A DNA stretch of 33,927 nt from Patescibacteria group bacterium (GTDB lineage: Bacteria; Patescibacteriota; Patescibacteriia; UBA1558; UBA10009): positions 1 to 33,927 of the forward strand of contig DATDUR010000096.1 of NCBI GenBank assembly GCA_035290305.1, given 5' to 3'. Positions 26,114 to 30,784 of the stretch are shown one piece after another (positions within the stretch are counted from its first letter, which is position 1; each line of letters begins with the position of its first letter). The notes beneath the pieces were generated by a model. The model did no database searches and was not told the origin of the DNA. It saw only the letters and a list, made by a program, of their open reading frames with translations. Made by a program: the position numbers and the translations under genes.

Positions 26114-27307
26114 TTAAACTTTTAAAATCTCCTCAACGGAAGTAAGGCCGTTTAGAGCTTTGTGGAGAGCGTCCTGATTAAAAACAAGCATCTCTTCTTT
26201 AAGGGCGGCTGATTTTATTTTTTCCAATTCAGCGCTGGAGAGGATTGACTTAACAATCGCCGGAGTCATTTCCAAAAATTCAAAAACGCCGAGGCGGCCC
26301 AGATAACCGCCGTTGGAACATCGTCCGCAACCCCTGCCATAATAAAACTTCAATCCTTCGGTTGTTTCCAAATCAAAACGTTTTTTAATCTCGCTTAAAG
26401 TTTTTTTATCCGGTTCAGCCGCAACGGAACAATGCGGGCAGATTTTTCTGACCAGCTTCTGGGCAACGATTAAGCTTGCCGATTCGACAATGGCGGCGGG
26501 GGAGAGTCCTAAAGAAATCAGTCTTTTGAGAGCCGAATAAACGCCTGCGGCGCTTAAAGAAGCTAAAACCAGCTTACCGTTAAGAGCGGCTTGGACGGCT
26601 AAGTTGGCGCTGGACTTATCTCTTATCTCGTCAATCATGATAATGTCCGGGTCCTGGTTTAAAAAGGAAGATATGGCCAAACTTAAAGTCAAACCCGATT
26701 CGGGATTAATCTGACATTGATTAACGCCGGGCAGACGATAAACAATCCGTTCCTCTACGGTGGAAATGTTGACTTCCGGCCGGTTTAAATCGTTTAAAAG
26801 CGAATAAAGAGTGCTGGTTTTACCGTTGCCGGCCGAAGCAGCAAATAAAATCAAACCGCGCCCCCTGGCGGTTTTTTGTTCCAAAAGCATTGCCAGTTCT
26901 TGAGGCAGGCCCAAGTCTGCCAAAACCAAATTTTTATCGCTTTCGTTTAAAAGACGGATGACCGCCTTTTCTCCCCGGGTCACCGGCATAATCGAAACCC
27001 TGAAAGATATTCTATAATCGGGCGAGCTTACCTTAAAACGGCCGTCCTGGGGCAGGCGATGTTCGTCAATTTTTAAACCGGCTAAAATTTTTATTCTTTT
27101 TAACAAACCGGCCTCAAGCTCTTTGGGCAGGCTCAAAACTTCCTCCAAAACGCCGTCAAGCCTGTGCCGGACTACGAGATTTTTTTCAGTCGGTTCAAGG
27201 TGAAGGTCGGAAGCGTTTTTTAAAACCGCGTACTCCAACAAAGTATCCAGCACCCGGACCACCGGCAGGCCTTGAATTTGTTCGAGCTTAAGTTTATCTT
27301 GGATCAT
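26114..27307 (-). CDS. GspE/PilB-family secretion/pilus ATPase, short and divergent
   Basis: 397 aa with the N2-domain motif RLPQDGRF, Walker A AGNGKTS, Walker B DIIMIDEIRD and the tetracysteine CPHC...CGRC cluster. The Asp box and His box are degenerate (see findings). Confidence 0.9.
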   Translation of the reverse strand: MIQDKLKLEQIQGLPVVRVLDTLLEYAVLKNASDLHLEPTEKNLVVRHRLDGVLEEVLSLPKELEAGLLKRIKILAGLKIDEHRLPQDGRFKVSSPDYRISFRVSIMPVTRGEKAVIRLLNESDKNLVLADLGLPQELAMLLEQKTARGRGLILFAASAGNGKTSTLYSLLNDLNRPEVNISTVEERIVYRLPGVNQCQINPESGLTLSLAISSFLNQDPDIIMIDEIRDKSSANLAVQAALNGKLVLASLSAAGVYSALKRLISLGLSPAAIVESASLIVAQKLVRKICPHCSVAAEPDKKTLSEIKKRFDLETTEGLKFYYGRGCGRCSNGGYLGRLGVFEFLEMTPAIVKSILSSAELEKIKSAALKEEMLVFNQDALHKALNGLTSVEEILKV

Positions 27308-27334
27308 AATATTTCGACGAAATTCATTTAATTT

Positions 27335-27343
27335 ATTATAACA
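27335..27343 (-). promoter_or_regulatory. candidate extended -10 promoter for the PilB-like gene
   Basis: The minus strand reads TGTTATAAT, about 27 nt upstream of ATG 27307. There is no convincing -35. Confidence 0.3.
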
Positions 27344-27351
27344 TAATGTTT

Positions 27352-27426
27352 GCGTATATCTGATGTCCCGCGTTAGCGGGATATGGGCGCAGGCTCGCCG
27401 GAGGCGAACCGGAGCCAGATATACGC
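27352..27426 (+). other. 75-nt GC-rich structured element (three-way junction), abutting the left inverted repeat
   Basis: A perfect 11-bp closing stem GCGTATATCTG/CAGATATACGC encloses two hairpins: ATGTCCCGC-GTTA-GCGGGATAT, and GGCT..CCGG-AGGCGAA-CCGG-AGCC. Confidence 0.5.
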
Positions 27427-27498
27427 TGTTAGCTGATGTAGTTAAAAGTTTTTATCCCGACGTAAAGTCGGGACATTATTTAGGGCTATTTTTTATTT
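27427..27498. repeat. left 72-nt inverted repeat (IR-L) of the cassette
   Basis: Its reverse complement matches 30262-30333 at 68/72 positions by hand alignment. It contains the hairpin TCCCGAC-GTAAA-GTCGGGA. Confidence 0.88.
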
Positions 27499-27499
27499 T

Positions 27500-27528
27500 T
27501 TGAAACTGTACTATGTGATTAATATTAT
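27500..27528 (+). promoter_or_regulatory. candidate sigma70-like promoter for the kinase gene
   Basis: TTGAAA (27500-27505), a 17-nt spacer, then TATTAT (27523-27528), immediately inside IR-L. Confidence 0.45.
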
Positions 27529-27592
27529 AAATTAAAATAAGTTAAAATTCAACCCTCAAAGTTTTTTCTTAGGCTTTAGATTATTTTTTAAA

Positions 27593-28597
27593 ATGACAAA
27601 CATTCCTATTTTTGATAAAATAGCATTAAGCTATATAAAGCCATTTTTTATGAAAAATTATCTATTACGAATCAAAAAAATCAAGAAACAATTCGCTATT
27701 TCCAAAGAAGAGCGTTTTGTAGCCGCTCCCAACGGCACTAATTATAAAGTTTTCCTTTCAAATAATTATGTTATCCGTTTTCGAGACAACAACCCCAAAC
27801 TTTTATCAAGAGAGGCAAATTTTTTGAAACAACTTAATCATGCGCTAATACCAAAAGTTTTGTGGTGCGGAGAAATTGATCAACTATTTTTTATGGTTGA
27901 AAATCGACTTCCTGGGAAAACAATAAATTTAGTTTGGAAAAATCTCTCAGTAAGCAATAAAAAGAATATCATTGAACAAATTGTTGAGTTTTTGCAGTAT
28001 CAGAAAATTCAAACAAAAGATTATGTCTATTCAGTAAAGACGGGTAAAAAATATGAAAGATTTTTGGATTATCTTACAGATGGCTTAAAGCAAAAAGCTA
28101 CTAGTATTAAAAAATTTAAACAAACAAATAAAATAATGGGAGACTTATTATTAATTGTTAACGATCCAGAAGTTAGAAATTTGTTCACTAATAAAACAAA
28201 ATCTACTTTAGTCCACGGCGATCTTATTATTCATAATCTGCTTACAGATGGAAAAAATTTAACGGGAGTTCTTGATTGGGAACTGGCATTATGGGGCGAT
28301 CCTGACTATGACCTTTTTCGCCTCTTTTATTATCAAGGATGTGCGAAAGCCTACCAAGAACAGGGAGTCGATGAAACATTTGAATCTGATTATATGGATA
28401 GGTTAATCGCAACGATTTTGAAGTCTGACTTTATAAAAAATAAAAAATTATTCCAGAGAAAATATCAATTAGTGCGCGCTATTTTTTATCTCAATGCGCT
28501 TTATTGGGCAACAAGCTCAGATAGCCCGGAAAAAAATATCAATGAAATTATAGTACAATGGGATAAAAAAAGCGGGACCAAATACTTGCGTACTTAA
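27593..28597 (+). CDS. phosphotransferase enzyme family (APH/choline-kinase-like) protein
   Basis: 334 aa with the catalytic loop VHGDLIIHNLL and the Mg-binding segment GVLDWELALWGDPDYDL. The gene is very AT-rich. An alternative start is Met20 (27650). Confidence 0.85.
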   Translation: MTNIPIFDKIALSYIKPFFMKNYLLRIKKIKKQFAISKEERFVAAPNGTNYKVFLSNNYVIRFRDNNPKLLSREANFLKQLNHALIPKVLWCGEIDQLFFMVENRLPGKTINLVWKNLSVSNKKNIIEQIVEFLQYQKIQTKDYVYSVKTGKKYERFLDYLTDGLKQKATSIKKFKQTNKIMGDLLLIVNDPEVRNLFTNKTKSTLVHGDLIIHNLLTDGKNLTGVLDWELALWGDPDYDLFRLFYYQGCAKAYQEQGVDETFESDYMDRLIATILKSDFIKNKKLFQRKYQLVRAIFYLNALYWATSSDSPEKNINEIIVQWDKKSGTKYLRT

Positions 28598-28603
28598 TCC
28601 CGC
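28565..28603 (-). terminator. intrinsic terminator of the rSAM-peptide operon, embedded in the 3' end of the convergent kinase gene
   Basis: The minus strand reads GCGGGA-TT-AAGTAC-GCAA-GTATTT-GG-TCCCGC followed by T7. It begins 8 nt after the small ORF's stop codon. Confidence 0.6.
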
Positions 28604-28611
28604 AGGCCGCA

Positions 28612-28707
28612 TTATTTGCAGCCAGTTCGTTTACCCGGGAAAGATGCTCCCGACGGCAGGGGCATAACCCTGGCGATCTTGATCTTCTTGATCTTGATCT
28701 TCTTCAT
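28612..28707 (-). CDS. candidate RiPP precursor peptide, 31 aa (absent from the ORF track)
   Basis: Translation is MKKIKIKKIKIARVMPLPSGASFPGKRTGCK*. An AAAGGAGGTGA SD ends 7 nt (AGGAGG core 9 nt) upstream of the ATG. The ORF starts 16 nt after the rSAM stop on the same strand and is followed by a terminator. Confidence 0.6.
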   Translation of the reverse strand: MKKIKIKKIKIARVMPLPSGASFPGKRTGCK

Positions 28708-28723
28708 CTTGTCTCACCTCCTT

Positions 28724-30178
28724 TCATAATGTACAGGTTTGGCAATTACCTACTGCCGCAGTTCCGTTTGACCGAAGATATTCTACGGCAAGCGCTTCTG
28801 TGACCCTGCGATAAAAATCGCACATGTCGTCAAAAAATTTTTGTTGACCCTCGACCGCTGAGCGAGAGACGACCTCTCTGGTAACATGACATTGTCCACC
28901 ACAGGGTCCTTCTATCTCGCAGCCGGAACAGTACGCATCTGTTCCAGGGAAACGGCTGGCAACTATTTGTACCAAATTACCCCTTTCCTCGAATATTTCA
29001 TCAAAACTGTCTATGTGACCGACTGTCGTGGTAGTGTGGCTACAGATTTTAATACTGCCATCCACATTGAATTCAAGGGTTTTGCCCTGAACGGCAGCAC
29101 AAAACGCGTGATCTCCAGACAAGAGGCTTTCTGATGTCAGATTACGGAATGGAGAATCCCACGTTCCAAAGAAGTTGATACCGTGTTCGTTGGCGTACTT
29201 TTTGAGTCGCATGAGTTTTGCAATTCGCTTCTCAACCGGAACGTGAACTAGACCAACGAGATTATAATCGAAGGCGATCGAAGTCATTTTTCTTTCAATC
29301 GCCAAATCAAGAACGTCTGTGTCGACGAGTTCGAAGTTGCCTCTTGTAACTGTGATGCTGAATCCGTCGAGGGGATAGCCAATCTCTACCAAGAGATCAA
29401 ATTTCTCAAGGATGCGAGCAAATGTTCCCTGTCCGCCCTTTGTTACACGGATGGCATCATTAGCTGTATGGGTGCCGTCAAGTGAGGTTGCAATACGGAC
29501 TTGATACCTCTTGAATATCTCGGCGATCTGTCTAGTCATGAGTACTAAGTTTGTATTAATGGCGAACTCAAACGAGAGATCGTCCATTTTGCTACAGTAT
29601 TCCAACACCCGCTCAATAACGGGCCAGTTGACCAGTGGTTCTGCGTTTCCGAAATGGATATTACCATGGGTTCTTCCTTACTCCCTCGTCAACGCAATGT
29701 ATTGGTCTACACATCGTTTTGCAGTTTTCCAAGTCATGTTAAGTTGCGGAGCCGTTTGTTGATATAAAGGCAACGCCTGGTCAGAGTTGGTTTTGGGCTG
29801 GAAGTGAATGCAGTGTGTGCATTTGAAGTTACACGAATCGCTGATTGCGAGGCCCATTCGATCAACCGTCCGTCGCTCTTGCACCTGGGCGAGTTGCTGT
29901 GTTTTTTTCTCTTGCAGGAATTTTTTCTCATCAAAGCCGGATTCGACAAGAAAAAAAATTTCCGCGAACTCTTGAATAGTACCTTTGGGGTCTTCGTCGC
30001 ACATTTTAGAAACTTCCTCCACAGTAGTTAATTGTCTGAAGAAATCTAAAAATTGAAGACCTTCATTATTGACAATCCTGGGATTGCCATACAGCGTGTG
30101 ATAAACCATTGCCATTTCTGATTTAGAATCAGAAATGATGCGGAGATTCGGGGATAACTGATATCTTTGTTTTTTCAC
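28724..30178 (-). pseudogene. radical SAM/SPASM peptide maturase with N-terminal RRE-like domain, interrupted by one in-frame TAA
   Basis: GTG start at 30178, 8 nt after an AAGGAGG SD. A roughly 90-aa PqqD-like N-domain precedes CNFKCTHC (CxxxCxxC). TAA at 29678-29680 is in the same frame as the downstream ORF (29608-28724), which continues IHFGNAEPLVNW and ends with the SPASM motif CSGCEIEGPCGGQC. The protein would be 483 aa if read through. Confidence 0.85.
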
Positions 30179-30219
30179 GTTTCTATCCTCCTTGCTTTTG
30201 ATGTTAAAGAACTGCTGAT

Positions 30220-30249
30220 ACCTTATCACTACCCCCCCCATTTTGTAAA
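30220..30249 (-). promoter_or_regulatory. candidate promoter of the rSAM operon with a G8 tract in the spacer
   Basis: The minus strand reads TTTACA (30249-30244), an 18-nt spacer containing GGGGGGGG (30239-30232), then TGA-TAAGGT (extended -10, 30228-30220). The match to consensus is weak. Confidence 0.25.
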
Positions 30250-30261
30250 GGGCTTTGTCAT

Positions 30262-30333
30262 AAATAAAAAATAGCCCCAAATAATGTCCCGACTTTACGT
30301 CGGGATAAAAACTTTTAATTACTTCAGCTAATA
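30262..30333. repeat. right 72-nt inverted repeat (IR-R) of the cassette
   Basis: It matches the reverse complement of 27427-27498 at 68/72 positions and contains the hairpin GTCCCGAC-TTTAC-GTCGGGAT. Confidence 0.88.
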
Positions 30334-30341
30334 TTGGATAT

Positions 30342-30381
30342 GAGAACATTAGAATATGAGAACATGAAAACATTAGAACAT
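30342..30381 (+). repeat. five contiguous 8-bp tandem units
   Basis: GAGAACAT TAGAATAT GAGAACAT GAAAACAT TAGAACAT, with consensus (G/T)A(G/A)AA(C/T)AT. The array lies directly outside IR-R. Confidence 0.8.
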
Positions 30382-30414
30382 TGCCAAATCCCGGTTTTTA
30401 AAAAGGCTAATATT

Positions 30415-30423
30415 TGCTATAAT
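30415..30423 (+). promoter_or_regulatory. candidate extended -10 promoter, possibly giving a leaderless mRNA
   Basis: TGCTATAAT, followed by 7 nt (TACCTCC) and then ATG 30431. There is no SD. Confidence 0.3.
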
Positions 30424-30430
30424 TACCTCC

Positions 30431-30784
30431 ATGAGACAACTGGCAAATCTTCTGAAAATCAAACAACTGGCCCTGCCCTTGCTGGCGGCATTGCTGTTTA
30501 ACGCCCTGGTTTGGCTGATTATCACCTGGCGCCTGCCCATCAGCGCCGCCTGGATACCCCTGCACTACAACTCTTACTTCGGCATTGACTGGATCGGCCC
30601 CTGGGCCAATATCATTTATTACCCTTTAATTGGACTGGCCATTATCGCCATCAATACCATCCTGCTGATTGTCATCAACGACAATAAAAACGTTTTGAGC
30701 GTCAGCCTGGCCTGGTCGGCGGTGGTTGTCCAGTTGTTTTTGATTACCAGCTTATTAACTTTAATCATTCACTATTTCAGCTAA
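30431..30784 (+). CDS. small membrane protein upstream of mraY
   Basis: 117 aa with 3-4 hydrophobic helices. Its stop directly abuts the mraY start. Confidence 0.65.
   Translation: MRQLANLLKIKQLALPLLAALLFNALVWLIITWRLPISAAWIPLHYNSYFGIDWIGPWANIIYYPLIGLAIIAINTILLIVINDNKNVLSVSLAWSAVVVQLFLITSLLTLIIHYFS

Larger units (their letters stand above)
27427..30333. mobile_element. IR-bounded 2.9-kb cassette (kinase + rSAM/SPASM maturase + small peptide), no recombinase
   Basis: It has 72-nt terminal inverted repeats and internal genes whose composition and SD usage differ from the flanks. It lies between native-looking genes. No target-site duplication was found. Confidence 0.5.

Noticed and set aside
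27352-27426. 75-nt element as a tRNA gene
   Set aside because: Its length and closing stem are superficially tRNA-like. However, there is no T-loop (TTCRA), no 7-nt anticodon loop in the correct position and only three helices, and the closing stem is 11 bp rather than 7 bp.
28675-28704. Short tandem repeats (this 15-mer x2, and the 8-mer x5 at 30342-30381) as a CRISPR array
   Set aside because: The units are contiguous with no spacers, are far shorter than CRISPR repeats, and no cas genes are present.
29678-29680. TAA as a reassigned sense codon
   Set aside because: TAA terminates many clearly complete genes in the same window (ugd, HIT, murA, the S41 peptidase, rplI, pyrG) at the positions expected from homology. 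A local nonsense mutation or error is more parsimonious.
30179-30373. 5' extension of the rSAM ORF to ATG 30373 (MFSCSHILMF...)
   Set aside because: The extension runs through the octamer array, IR-R and the G8 tract. A canonical AAGGAGG-8nt-GTG start at 30178 explains the gene better.
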